Positions 16,827-26,152 of a DNA stretch of 64,000 nt are shown in pieces. Below the pieces are notes generated by a model. It ran no database searches. It had not been told where the DNA came from and saw only the letters and a list, made by a program, of their open reading frames with translations. This DNA is from Niabella yanshanensis (GTDB lineage Bacteria; Bacteroidota; Bacteroidia; Chitinophagales; Chitinophagaceae). The translations under genes and the position numbers were made by a program. Where the stretch lies: positions 472 to 64,471 of the forward strand of contig JBEBUZ010000008.1 in assembly GCA_040393015.1 (NCBI GenBank). The letters are read 5' to 3'. The stretch's first letter is position 1; each line of letters opens with the position of its first letter.

Positions 16827-18014
16827 ATGGTTGAAAAAATACGGTCACTATCGAAAGAGTATACTCCTGAATTTATCGGTATCAGGCGGCATTTACACGC
16901 CCATCCCGAGTTAAGTTACCAGGAGTACGAAACTTCTGCATTTATACAGCAAAAACTTGACGCCTGGGGCATTCCTTTTGAAGCGAAAGCCGAAACCGGC
17001 GTAATTGGGCTGTTAAAGGGTCGTAACCCCGATAAAAGAATAATAGCTCTGCGGGCCGATATGGATGCTCTCCCTATTGAAGAGGCAAACGAAGTAGCGT
17101 ACAAATCCAAATATAAAGGTGTAATGCATGCCTGTGGTCATGATGTACACACCACCTGTTTATTGGGGGCCGCCAAAATATTGAATGAATTGAAAGCCGA
17201 ATGGGAGGGAACCATCAAGTTGATTTTTCAACCGGGCGAAGAAAAAAACCCCGGCGGCGCCAGCCTGCTTATAAAGGAAGGGGTATTGGACAATCCTGCT
17301 CCCGGTGCTATCCTGGGACTGCACGTACACCCTGCGCTCGCAACGGGCAAAGTCAGTTTCCGGCCGGGTAAAGTAATGGCCAGTGCAGATGAATTGTATT
17401 TTACCATTAAAGGAAAAGGAGGGCATGCTGCCGCACCTCATTTAACTGTAGACCCTATCCTGATAGCTTCCCACCTGGTAGTCGCCTTGCAGCAACTGGT
17501 GAGCCGGAAAAAAGATCCGTTAAATACATCGGTACTTTCTATTACCGCATTTAACGGGGGTACTACCACCAACGTCATTCCGGGTGAGGTGAAATTGATG
17601 GGCACTTTCAGGGCAATGGATGAAAAATGGCGTTTTGAAGCGCATGAACTAATGAAGACGCTTTCCCATCATCTGGTACAGTCGATGGGGGGGGAGTTAG
17701 AACTTCATATTGATGTGGGCTATCCTGCCGTAATAAATAATGAAGCCCTCACCCGGGTGGCCAAAGAAAATGCCATTAACTTCCTGGGAGCCGATAATGT
17801 GGGCGAAACGGAGATACGCATGGGTGCTGAAGATTTCGGTTATTACACACAGCTTATTCCCGGCTGCTTTTACAGGTTAGGCGTAATGAATGATCCGGAT
17901 AATATCCGGAATGTACACACCCCGGTTTTTGACATCGATGAGAAGGCGATAGAAACGGGAATGGGGATGATGGCCTGGCTGGGTGTTTCGGTAAACGTGC
18001 AGCCAACGGGCTGA
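16827..18014 (+). CDS. M20-family amidohydrolase (N-acyl-L-amino acid amidohydrolase/hippurate hydrolase type)
   Basis: IRRHLHAHPELSYQEYETS, MHACGHDVH and GEEKNPGGA are metal-site motifs of the M20D family. Confidence 0.85.
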   Translation: MVEKIRSLSKEYTPEFIGIRRHLHAHPELSYQEYETSAFIQQKLDAWGIPFEAKAETGVIGLLKGRNPDKRIIALRADMDALPIEEANEVAYKSKYKGVMHACGHDVHTTCLLGAAKILNELKAEWEGTIKLIFQPGEEKNPGGASLLIKEGVLDNPAPGAILGLHVHPALATGKVSFRPGKVMASADELYFTIKGKGGHAAAPHLTVDPILIASHLVVALQQLVSRKKDPLNTSVLSITAFNGGTTTNVIPGEVKLMGTFRAMDEKWRFEAHELMKTLSHHLVQSMGGELELHIDVGYPAVINNEALTRVAKENAINFLGADNVGETEIRMGAEDFGYYTQLIPGCFYRLGVMNDPDNIRNVHTPVFDIDEKAIETGMGMMAWLGVSVNVQPTG

Positions 18015-18046
18015 TTATTTTTTACGTCTTAAATAAAAGCAAATAT

Positions 18047-18262
18047 ATGCGGCGTTTTTTCAGGATAATCAGTTGCGGGTGGATTGTATTATATATAGCC
18101 GGTTGCTGCGGAGCAAAAAAACAAACGCAGAACGACCCTGTTAAAAGCGTTCACGAAAGTATTCTGGAAAATGAAAATAAAAAAACAACGCCTCCAAACC
18201 GGGTTCCACCGGAGGAAAAGACGATTGAGCCGGTGTCGAAAGACTCGTTACCTCCTTTTTAG
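18047..18262 (+). CDS. hypothetical small lipoprotein
   Basis: Lipobox-like LYIAGCC followed by a Pro/Lys-rich tail. Short and uncorroborated. Confidence 0.35.
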   Translation: MRRFFRIISCGWIVLYIAGCCGAKKQTQNDPVKSVHESILENENKKTTPPNRVPPEEKTIEPVSKDSLPPF

Positions 18263-18280
18263 ACCGGGATGATGATCAAT

Positions 18281-19801
18281 CTACTGCTGTTCGAGTAGCA
18301 TATTATCCAGTAAACTTTCTTCCTTTCGCATCAGCCTGAGTTCCGGCTTTCCCTGTACACTTCGGGTACTGGTCGGTGAAACCGAGGAAACAACCGTTTC
18401 CCCATCCATCAGTTTTATAGCGGCTGCTATACAATCTTCCGATAGGTCTCCCCAGGCTTTATCGATGCCGTCGTATACTAAATAGTGAGGCTTAAACCCT
18501 GTATAGGCCACAGAATCGTTGTTCCGGTTTTTCGTCATGAAAGAAACAGTCCAGAACGTTACTTTCTTAAATAAATCGATGGGAAAAAATCCTACCGATT
18601 TGCCATAGGTGTTCCCGTTTCCTATAAGCACCAGGTTGTTTCCGAATACGGGTTTTAGATTATTAATCAGAAGTTCGCTGGACGATGCTGTTTCGGGTCC
18701 CACAATGATATAAACCTTACCGGGATTCAAAGATCCTGATGCATTGAAAAGGATTGAATTGTAACCGGTGGTGAAACTCAGGTAATTGGGGTAGCGCGAT
18801 TTAAGTACCGAATAATTACCTGTAGTTAAATTACTATTGTATTCGTAGCGGTACATGAGACCCGTAGCAGTATTGGGTGCCAGGTTATTGGTTAAATAGT
18901 CCTGCGTGGTAGTATATCCGCCCCTGTTATAGCGCAAATCGAGAATAATATTTTTAACTCCGGCCGATCTGAAGGTGGAAAAAACAGCGTCTAACCCCGA
19001 TCTGGAATCAGCGAGCCTGTCAAATATGTTATAGGAAAGATAACCCGCCTGTTCTCCTTTGGGTGTGGTGATAATGGAATGGTGAAGAATAGGTGTCAGA
19101 TTATAAGTGCCCGCCGTAATGGTGATATTGTCGGTGGTATCGGTTACCCCATCGATATTTCTTATAAACCGGTACTGGTTAGTTCCGGCAGTAGCAAAAA
19201 CTGCATTAAACAGGTTCCCGTAATCGGTTTGGTTAAATCCCAGTACTTTGTTATTCAAGGCTAAAATTCGCATGCCCCGGACGATACCCTTTTTACCTGC
19301 GTCGGAATTAGGATCCACCACCGACACATAATAACCCGCAAAATCGGGGTCGTTCTCGTAAAAGTTAGTATGAATTTTTCTGCTTTTCCAGGCAAATTCA
19401 AACTCGAAACCGCTGCCTGTTTCCACACTGGCCTTCTTCGAAGAATTCGTGCCGTCTACATAGGCTTCAGCATAACTGAACCTTTTGGTTTTATCCCAAT
19501 AGCTGAGATTGCGAACGGCGGTCATAACAGCTTTGGCAGTGGCTACTTCATCGGTAGCGACATATTGTCTGGGATTGAAATCCTTGTAGGTTCTGGAACC
19601 TATTGTATCTTTCCAATAATATATTTCTTTCGAAAACAGGAAAACGGAATCTGCGATTAACTCGAGGTTGGTAGAAGTGGTGGGCAGAGGCTCTTTAGGT
19701 TCCTGGGGAGCTGGCGTGGGATCCGGGTTAACCGGAACCGGATCTTTTTTGCAGGAAAGAAGACAAAGAACCAGCAATGACGGAAAAAATAGATATCTCA
19801 T
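18281..19801 (-). CDS. S41-family peptidase lipoprotein
   Basis: Lipobox LLSC. S41 core ILDLRYNRGGY and nucleophile region GPETASSSELLIN. Confidence 0.8.
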   Translation of the reverse strand: MRYLFFPSLLVLCLLSCKKDPVPVNPDPTPAPQEPKEPLPTTSTNLELIADSVFLFSKEIYYWKDTIGSRTYKDFNPRQYVATDEVATAKAVMTAVRNLSYWDKTKRFSYAEAYVDGTNSSKKASVETGSGFEFEFAWKSRKIHTNFYENDPDFAGYYVSVVDPNSDAGKKGIVRGMRILALNNKVLGFNQTDYGNLFNAVFATAGTNQYRFIRNIDGVTDTTDNITITAGTYNLTPILHHSIITTPKGEQAGYLSYNIFDRLADSRSGLDAVFSTFRSAGVKNIILDLRYNRGGYTTTQDYLTNNLAPNTATGLMYRYEYNSNLTTGNYSVLKSRYPNYLSFTTGYNSILFNASGSLNPGKVYIIVGPETASSSELLINNLKPVFGNNLVLIGNGNTYGKSVGFFPIDLFKKVTFWTVSFMTKNRNNDSVAYTGFKPHYLVYDGIDKAWGDLSEDCIAAAIKLMDGETVVSSVSPTSTRSVQGKPELRLMRKEESLLDNMLLEQQ

Positions 19802-19917
19802 TATAACTACGAATATTTAAAATTACAACCTTTTCCCGCCTTCTGCCTACTTTTAAATTTTATTTATGAATTACTCTCTTTGCACAAAAGAGCTATTTTA
19901 GCGGTATTATTCATTAT

Positions 19918-20901
19918 ATGACCGATATTGAACAAATAAGCGCGAAGGTAAAAACCGGTAAGCAGCCCAAAATATTGGTAGTCGGCGATATTATGGCCGA
20001 TCGCTATGTTTGGGGAACCGCCAGCCGTATTTCGCCCGAAGCTCCCGTACCCGTATTGATGGCCGGCAAGGAAACGGTGACATTGGGTGGGGCGGGCAAT
20101 GTAGCACAGAACCTGCGCAAACTGAACGCGAAAGTGATGATTGGTGGGGTATTGGGCAAGGATCCGATGGCCGCCGTTATAAGAGAGCAACTGAGGGCAG
20201 AGCAGGTGGATGCAGGGGCTATTATAGAAGATCCATCCCGTTCCACGACGCTTAAAACGAGGATTATGGCGGGTAACCACCAGTTGCTGAGAGTGGACCG
20301 GGAAACAAGGGAAGATATTGGAGCCGACATAGAAAAAAAATTACTAATAAAGCTGGAAAGTAAAGTAAAGCAGGCTGATATCGTGATGCTTTCCGACTAT
20401 AACAAAGGAGTGCTAACCCGCAGCCTGACACAAAAGCTGATCAGGTTTTGTAAAAAGGAAAATAAAAAAGTGCTCGTGGATCCCAAGGGACTTCACTATC
20501 AGAAATACACCGGAGCTTGGTTAATCAAACCCAACCGCCGGGAGCTGGCGGATGCTACGGTAACTGAAAAAGTGCATACGAAAAAGGAGGTTGTGCAGGC
20601 AGCCCGGAAACTACTGGCAAAAACAAAGTCGGAATACCTGGTGGTAACCCTCTCGGAAGAAGGCCTGGCCCTGGTATCCGGACAGTCCTATCAAAACTTC
20701 CCTGTAAAAGCCCGTGAAGTATTTGATGTAACCGGGGCCGGAGACACTGTTTTCGCCTCATTAGGTTATTTTCTGGCTCTGGGAGCCGATATAACGACAG
20801 CCTGTGAGCTGGCTAATTATGCGGCCGCCATTGCAGTAAGCAAAGTAGGAAGTGTAGCGGTTAGGTTTGAAGAAATTCTATCTATAATAAACAGGTCATG
20901 A
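19918..20901 (+). CDS. rfaE1: D-glycero-beta-D-manno-heptose-7-phosphate kinase (RfaE domain I, PfkB family)
   Basis: ILVVGDIMADRYVWGTASRISPEAPVPVL and the C-terminal DVTGAGDTV PfkB motif. Confidence 0.85.
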   Translation: MTDIEQISAKVKTGKQPKILVVGDIMADRYVWGTASRISPEAPVPVLMAGKETVTLGGAGNVAQNLRKLNAKVMIGGVLGKDPMAAVIREQLRAEQVDAGAIIEDPSRSTTLKTRIMAGNHQLLRVDRETREDIGADIEKKLLIKLESKVKQADIVMLSDYNKGVLTRSLTQKLIRFCKKENKKVLVDPKGLHYQKYTGAWLIKPNRRELADATVTEKVHTKKEVVQAARKLLAKTKSEYLVVTLSEEGLALVSGQSYQNFPVKAREVFDVTGAGDTVFASLGYFLALGADITTACELANYAAAIAVSKVGSVAVRFEEILSIINRS

Positions 20902-21398
20902 GCAATACCATTGAAAAAACTATCCGTAGTAAAATAATGCGGCTGGAGGAAGCGGTGCAATGGAGAACACAATTGAAAAAGGAGGAAAGCAGGCTTGTAT
21001 TTACCAATGGGGTGTTCGATATTTTACATGCCGGCCATGCGCAATCCTTAATGGCGGCCCGCGCCTGCGGTGATAAGTTGATGATCGGTTTAAATACCGA
21101 CAGTTCCGTAAAAAGGCTGAAAGGGGAAAGGCGGCCTATTATAGGCCAGGAGGACAGGGCTCTGCTCCTGGCTTCACTGGGTTTTGTGGATGCTGTTATT
21201 TTTTTTGAAGAAGATACACCCCTGCGCCTCATTAGGGCTTTGCTGCCTGATGTACTCGTGAAATCGGCCGATTACAATATCGATAATATTGTGGGAGCCA
21301 AAGAAGTAATGGCCAATGGGGGCGCAGTAGAGATTATGCCGCTCGTTGAAGGATTGTCTACAACGAAGATCATCGAAAAAATAGTTCATGGTTCATAG
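20898..21398 (+). CDS. rfaE2: D-glycero-beta-D-manno-heptose-1-phosphate adenylyltransferase (RfaE domain II)
   Basis: Cytidylyltransferase motif FTNGVFDILHAGH plus GLNTDSSVKRLKGERRPI. ATGA overlap with rfaE1. Confidence 0.85.
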   Translation: MSNTIEKTIRSKIMRLEEAVQWRTQLKKEESRLVFTNGVFDILHAGHAQSLMAARACGDKLMIGLNTDSSVKRLKGERRPIIGQEDRALLLASLGFVDAVIFFEEDTPLRLIRALLPDVLVKSADYNIDNIVGAKEVMANGGAVEIMPLVEGLSTTKIIEKIVHGS

Positions 21399-21415
21399 TT
21401 TATAGTTCATAGTAT
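21381..21415. repeat. imperfect heptamer tandem array (ATAGTTC)x5
   Basis: ATAGTTC ATGGTTC ATAGTTT ATAGTTC ATAGTAT, spanning the rfaE2 stop codon. A related array lies at 24081-24101. Confidence 0.6.
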
Positions 21416-21429
21416 TTCTTGTATTTCCT

Positions 21430-22416
21430 TTGAGTCTTCCCCGAAAAATATTAGTCATTCGTTTCAGCTCTTTGGGCGATGTGATTTACACCACACCCGT
21501 GGTACGCTGCCTGAAAGAGCAATTGCCGGGTGCCGAGATACATTTTATCACCAAGCCCCGGTTCAAATATATTTATGAAGCCAATCCGTATGTGGATAAA
21601 CTCCTGTTGTTAAAAGAAACGCTCCGCGATACAATAGCAGAAATTAAAAGTGAAAATTATGACTGCATAGTGGATCTGCACAGCAATTTGCGGACAATGA
21701 TGATTAAACTGCAAACGGGAATAAAATCTTACACTTACAATAAACAAACCATCAGAAAATGGTTGAGCCTGAAGCTGAGGAGGCAACTGGTTCCGGCCGT
21801 ACACCTCGTGGATAGATACCTGAAAGCCGTGGCTCCATTAGGCATTGTGAATGATAATAAGCCGATTGATTATTTTATAAAAGAAAATCACCGGTTGTCC
21901 GATCTGCTTCCCGTTTCGCACCAGCATGGATATATAGGCTTTATTATTGGTGCGGCACATTTCACCAAGCGAATGCCCAATGAAAAAATTGTTTCTATTT
22001 GCAGTCAACTCAATATGCCTGTTGTACTGCTGGGTGGCGATGATGTTAAAGCGAACGGGGATTTTGTAAAGAAAGAGCTGGGGGAGAAGGTATACAATGC
22101 CTGTGGAGTTACCAGCCTCGATGAATCGGTATTTCTCGTTTCCCGGGCAAAGGCCATTATCGGGTTCGATACGGGCCTCACTCATATTGCCGAAGCCTTC
22201 AATAAACCCATCGCTTCTATATGGGGTAGCACTGTGCCCGAACTGCTTGGTGTGCAACCTTATAAAATTGATCAGTCGCTCGTTTCCGGTGTAGAGATCA
22301 GTTGCCGACCCTGCTCCAAATATGGGCTGCCCCAGTGCCCTAAGGGGCATTTTCGTTGTATGTATGAAATTAAGGAGGAGGAAATAGTAGATTTTGCGAA
22401 CAGTTCTGGCTCCTGA
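21430..22416 (+). CDS. glycosyltransferase family 9 (LPS heptosyltransferase)
   Basis: ILVIRFSSLGDVIYTTPVVRCLKEQLPGAEIHFITK and FDTGLTHIAEA are typical of GT9. TTG start as given in the ORF track. Confidence 0.8.
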   Translation: MSLPRKILVIRFSSLGDVIYTTPVVRCLKEQLPGAEIHFITKPRFKYIYEANPYVDKLLLLKETLRDTIAEIKSENYDCIVDLHSNLRTMMIKLQTGIKSYTYNKQTIRKWLSLKLRRQLVPAVHLVDRYLKAVAPLGIVNDNKPIDYFIKENHRLSDLLPVSHQHGYIGFIIGAAHFTKRMPNEKIVSICSQLNMPVVLLGGDDVKANGDFVKKELGEKVYNACGVTSLDESVFLVSRAKAIIGFDTGLTHIAEAFNKPIASIWGSTVPELLGVQPYKIDQSLVSGVEISCRPCSKYGLPQCPKGHFRCMYEIKEEEIVDFANSSGS

Positions 22417-22508
22417 CCTGGGCGCATCAAACCCTAAAAATACCTGATTCGGTCAGGCTTCTCGGATATTCGGCGTATCTTGCGCAGCCTTTTTAATTTT
22501 TGTAACCG

Positions 22509-23552
22509 ATGTTAGATTTAGCAAATTTTGATCAGAATGGGGTGAGCAATCCCGACAACAATGTATTCGGGTTGCCGAGCACTGAGGAAAACGCAGATCT
22601 GGTTATCATCAATACGCCCTGGGAAGTAACGGTGAGCTATGGATCGGGCACGGCCAAGGCTCCCGAGGCTATTCGCCGGGCCAGCATGCAGGTGGATCTT
22701 TATGATCCTCAGTTTCCGGATGCCTGGAAGAGAGGTTTTTACCTTACTCCTTTTGATAAACAACTGCACTTGAAAAGCACCTACCTGCGTCGCGAAGCAG
22801 AGTTATACATTGACTATATCTCGCGCGGCGAAGATCCTGCTGACAACCCGTTCATGCGTAAGACCATTAAGGAAATAAACGAAGGGGGCGCTTATTTAAA
22901 CGATTGGGTTTATCAACAGGCAAAATCTTTCCTGGACAAAGGTAAATTGGTAGGCCTGCTGGGTGGCGACCATAGCACACCCCTGGGGCTTTACAAGGCC
23001 CTTTCTGAAAAACATGAGGAATACGGCATTTTACATATCGACGCGCACTGCGACCTGAAAAAAGCTTATGAAGGGTTCCAATATTCACATGCGAGCATCA
23101 TGTACAATGCTTTGGGCGAGATACCTCAACTTAAAAGTGTGATGCAACTGGGCGTGCGCGATTTAAGCCAGGATGAATGGGAATATATTGCCAATAGCAA
23201 TTACAGGGTGATTACCTACTTCGATCAGGAAATAAAAGAAAGGCAATATAAGGGCGACACTTTTCAACATATTACCCGTGAAATCATCGACCAGTTACCT
23301 TCCAAAGTGCATATCAGCTTTGATATCGATGGGTTGGATCCCAAACTTTGCCCCAATACAGGTACACCCGTACCCGGCGGATTTGAACTGGATCGGGTGT
23401 TCTATATTTTTCATGAGCTATTGAAAAGTGGGAGACAGGTTATTGGTTTTGACCTGGTGGAAGTGGGCGTAGGCGAAACCGAATGGAACGCAAACGTTGG
23501 TGCCAGAGCTTTATTTAAGCTTTGTAATGTGCTGGCCAGCAGTAATATGTAA
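22509..23552 (+). CDS. arginase-family ureohydrolase (agmatinase/formimidoylglutamase-like)
   Basis: Mn-site motifs GGDHSTPLG, HIDAHCDL and SFDIDGLDP. Confidence 0.8.
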   Translation: MLDLANFDQNGVSNPDNNVFGLPSTEENADLVIINTPWEVTVSYGSGTAKAPEAIRRASMQVDLYDPQFPDAWKRGFYLTPFDKQLHLKSTYLRREAELYIDYISRGEDPADNPFMRKTIKEINEGGAYLNDWVYQQAKSFLDKGKLVGLLGGDHSTPLGLYKALSEKHEEYGILHIDAHCDLKKAYEGFQYSHASIMYNALGEIPQLKSVMQLGVRDLSQDEWEYIANSNYRVITYFDQEIKERQYKGDTFQHITREIIDQLPSKVHISFDIDGLDPKLCPNTGTPVPGGFELDRVFYIFHELLKSGRQVIGFDLVEVGVGETEWNANVGARALFKLCNVLASSNM

Positions 23553-23555
23553 ATT

Positions 23556-24095
23556 ATGTATCAATTTATCATCCCCAATAAGAACTTAGTTACCTACCAG
23601 GTGTTTGCTTATGGAATAATGCTTCTAAACCTGCTTGGCTTTTTTGTTTACAATACAGGAAGGGGTTATACCGTAATAAACGGCTGGCCAATGCTCGGTG
23701 CGCTATTGCTTATTGGAACTTTTGAGTTGCTTCGGTACAGAAGGGAAAAAAAGCTATTGCCGTTGGGTGTTTTAATTCTTATAGCAGGTATTTCCTGGGC
23801 ATCGGCGGGATGGTACCTGCTATTGTTTTTGAACCTGGCTTTGGGAGCTTTATATTGGATTTCGCGGAGACAGATGACTGTGACCGTTTCAGAAGAAAGT
23901 ATTGTTTACCCCTCTTTTCCGTCTAAATTCCTGAAATGGGGCGATGTAAATAATGTGGTGCTGAAAGATGATATGCTGACCATCGATCTCAAAAACAATA
24001 AAATTTACCAGCATTTAATTGAATACCCGGCGAATGAAGTAAATGAGCCGGAATTTAACGACTTTTGCAGGAGACAGTTGATGGTTCATAGTTAA
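23556..24095 (+). CDS. hypothetical membrane protein
   Basis: Four predicted TM helices followed by a soluble C-terminal domain. The start lies 4 nt after the upstream stop. No family recognised. Confidence 0.5.
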   Translation: MYQFIIPNKNLVTYQVFAYGIMLLNLLGFFVYNTGRGYTVINGWPMLGALLLIGTFELLRYRREKKLLPLGVLILIAGISWASAGWYLLLFLNLALGALYWISRRQMTVTVSEESIVYPSFPSKFLKWGDVNNVVLKDDMLTIDLKNNKIYQHLIEYPANEVNEPEFNDFCRRQLMVHS

Positions 24096-24101
24096 TAGTT
24101 C
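24081..24101. repeat. heptamer tandem array (ATGGTTC ATAGTTA ATAGTTC), followed by an AT-only tract
   Basis: Same heptamer unit as at 21381-21415, again spanning a stop codon. It is followed at 24115-24157 by a pure A/T tract with ATTAATTATT repeats. Confidence 0.5.
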
Positions 24102-24161
24102 AATGGAACGCTACTTATTATTAATTATTCATCATTAATTATTAATTATTAAATCGCGCTC

Positions 24162-25460
24162 ATGTCACTACCATCATCTCCCTACATCCTTTATTCAGAC
24201 GGGAAAGGAAATATATTTGAAGACACTTCTTTATACGTAACCGGCCGTACCGGTTGGGATGCAGTTCCCATTGATGAGGCGGAGTGGATCGAATTGCCGG
24301 ACGGGGGTTCTTTGTACGAGCTGCCGGGACGCCGTGGAATAGGAATAGACGTTGAAAGCGGGGAGATGCGCCTTTGCGAAAAGGGTTGGGCCGTAGCAGC
24401 TTTTATTCCGCCCGCTCATACCGGTTTTTATTTATCCGCCTACGAAACGGCTCCCGATGCACCCACTTTGCCGCTGTTCTGTTACACTGCCGTAGGCTGG
24501 CACGATGAAAAGTTCTATGTTCCGGCTGTCCGGATAGAGCAGGATATCCGGCAGGAATGCGCCGGTTTCGATACCAACAAAGTAGAACACGGCGTTGAAT
24601 ACCTGATGACTGCTTATCCGCATAACCGCCTCGTAAAGCATTTATCGGAAAACTGTGCACTTACCTACCATTGCCCCGCCGCACGCAATTATTTCATGGG
24701 CCGCTGGGAATGTCCCGTGCCCGCCTCACCCGCCTGTAATGCCAATTGCGTAGGCTGTATTTCGCTGCAGCCGGATGAGGAGACGATCGTTTCTACCCAG
24801 GATCGTTTAAAGTTTAAACCTTCAGTAGAAGAAATTGTGGAGTTCACCGTTCCCCATCTCGAAACCGCGCCTTTTCCCCTTATTAGTTTTGGGCAGGGCT
24901 GCGAGGGCGAGCCACTGCTGATGTGGGAAACCATCGAAAAAGCCATTATCGAAATCAGGAAACATACCGATAAGGGCAGTATCAATATCAATACCAACGG
25001 GTCGAAGCCCGATGCGGTAAAAAGATTATGTGAGGCCGGCCTCAACTCTATCCGCGTAAGTACCAATAGCGCCCGGCGCGAAATTTATATGCCTTATTAC
25101 CGGCCCAATAACTACGAATTTGAAGATATTATAGAGAGTTTGAAAGTCGTGGACAGTTTTGGTGGTTGGACCTCTATTAATTATTTTGTTTTTCCGGGTA
25201 TGACCGACAGTATTGCAGAGTATGAAGCTTTACGAAAGCTGATAAAAGAGACTAACCTGAAAATGATCCAGTGGCGCAATTTCAATATCGATCCGGACTG
25301 GTACCTTGGCAAAATAGGTGTGGGCGATACCGGCGAATGTATGGGCGTAAAACAGCTTTTGCAGGAAATAAAAGCCGAGTTTCCGGATCTGAAATACGGC
25401 TATTTCAATCCGCCTATGGAAAGAATTAAAGGCGACTACGAAATCGATTTTGCACATTAA
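24162..25460 (+). CDS. radical SAM protein with an uncharacterised ~190-aa N-terminal domain
   Basis: CNANCVGC (CxxxCxxC) cluster motif at about residue 192. GQGCEGEPLL and NTNGS are radical-SAM core motifs. Confidence 0.8.
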   Translation: MSLPSSPYILYSDGKGNIFEDTSLYVTGRTGWDAVPIDEAEWIELPDGGSLYELPGRRGIGIDVESGEMRLCEKGWAVAAFIPPAHTGFYLSAYETAPDAPTLPLFCYTAVGWHDEKFYVPAVRIEQDIRQECAGFDTNKVEHGVEYLMTAYPHNRLVKHLSENCALTYHCPAARNYFMGRWECPVPASPACNANCVGCISLQPDEETIVSTQDRLKFKPSVEEIVEFTVPHLETAPFPLISFGQGCEGEPLLMWETIEKAIIEIRKHTDKGSININTNGSKPDAVKRLCEAGLNSIRVSTNSARREIYMPYYRPNNYEFEDIIESLKVVDSFGGWTSINYFVFPGMTDSIAEYEALRKLIKETNLKMIQWRNFNIDPDWYLGKIGVGDTGECMGVKQLLQEIKAEFPDLKYGYFNPPMERIKGDYEIDFAH

Positions 25461-25542
25461 TGTGGAGAAGCAATATTGAGATAATTAGAATTTTTTTATA
25501 TCAAATTTAAATTATAAATTTATGATTTAAAGTTGTTGAAAG

Positions 25543-25833
25543 ATGCAAATAGGAGTAGTAAGAGAATATAAAAGTCTTTTAGCTAATTTGTCAAAAATTA
25601 TTGACATCTCTGGATACCGCAATGATTATATTGCTAAAAAAATAGGCATGAAAGCGCCCAACTTTGCAGTAAAAAAGAAACGAGCATCCTGGACTGTTGA
25701 AGAGGTAGAGAAAATTTTGACGACAGTGGAAAACGAAGACGTGAGGAATTTTTTTGAAATTCAGAAAATAAAATACAGTGAAACCGGTAAAGCACTTTCC
25801 GCTGAAGAATTTGAAAAGCAAATGGGATGGTGA
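25543..25833 (+). CDS. putative HTH antitoxin-like protein (tentative)
   Basis: 96 aa with an HTH-like segment NDYIAKKIGMKAPNFAVKK. ATGGTGA start/stop overlap with the next ORF. Locally AT-rich. Confidence 0.35.
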   Translation: MQIGVVREYKSLLANLSKIIDISGYRNDYIAKKIGMKAPNFAVKKKRASWTVEEVEKILTTVENEDVRNFFEIQKIKYSETGKALSAEEFEKQMGW

Positions 25834-26090
25834 TCAGGATTGAACCACTCTTTGCTTTTGTATTGCAAAAATGCCCACTGGAGTTTCAGCTACTTTTCCG
25901 AAAAATATATCAGCAGTTGAAAGTAGTGGACAGACCCGATGATGTAAAGGGTGTCACTTCTATTAAAGGGGAAAAGGGCTTTTACAAATTGATAATAGAT
26001 AAAAGTAAGATAGGTTTGCGGTGGAACGGAGAATCTTTGCACATCACCACTTTTTTGTATTGTCAATACCTTGATAATACAGATGAGTAG
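25827..26090 (+). CDS. putative RelE/ParE-superfamily-like toxin (tentative)
   Basis: 87 aa. The pattern KGVTSIKGEKGFYKLIIDKSKIGLRWNGESLHITTFL resembles the RelE/ParE 'L-G-x-yrlRigdyRiiy' core. The call rests on architecture only. Confidence 0.35.
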   Translation: MVIRIEPLFAFVLQKCPLEFQLLFRKIYQQLKVVDRPDDVKGVTSIKGEKGFYKLIIDKSKIGLRWNGESLHITTFLYCQYLDNTDE

Positions 26091-26152
26091 TGCTATGACG
26101 GGTTAAATTTTTTGGCTTTAAATAGCTCCTCGTTTTTTAGCGTCTCTATTGC

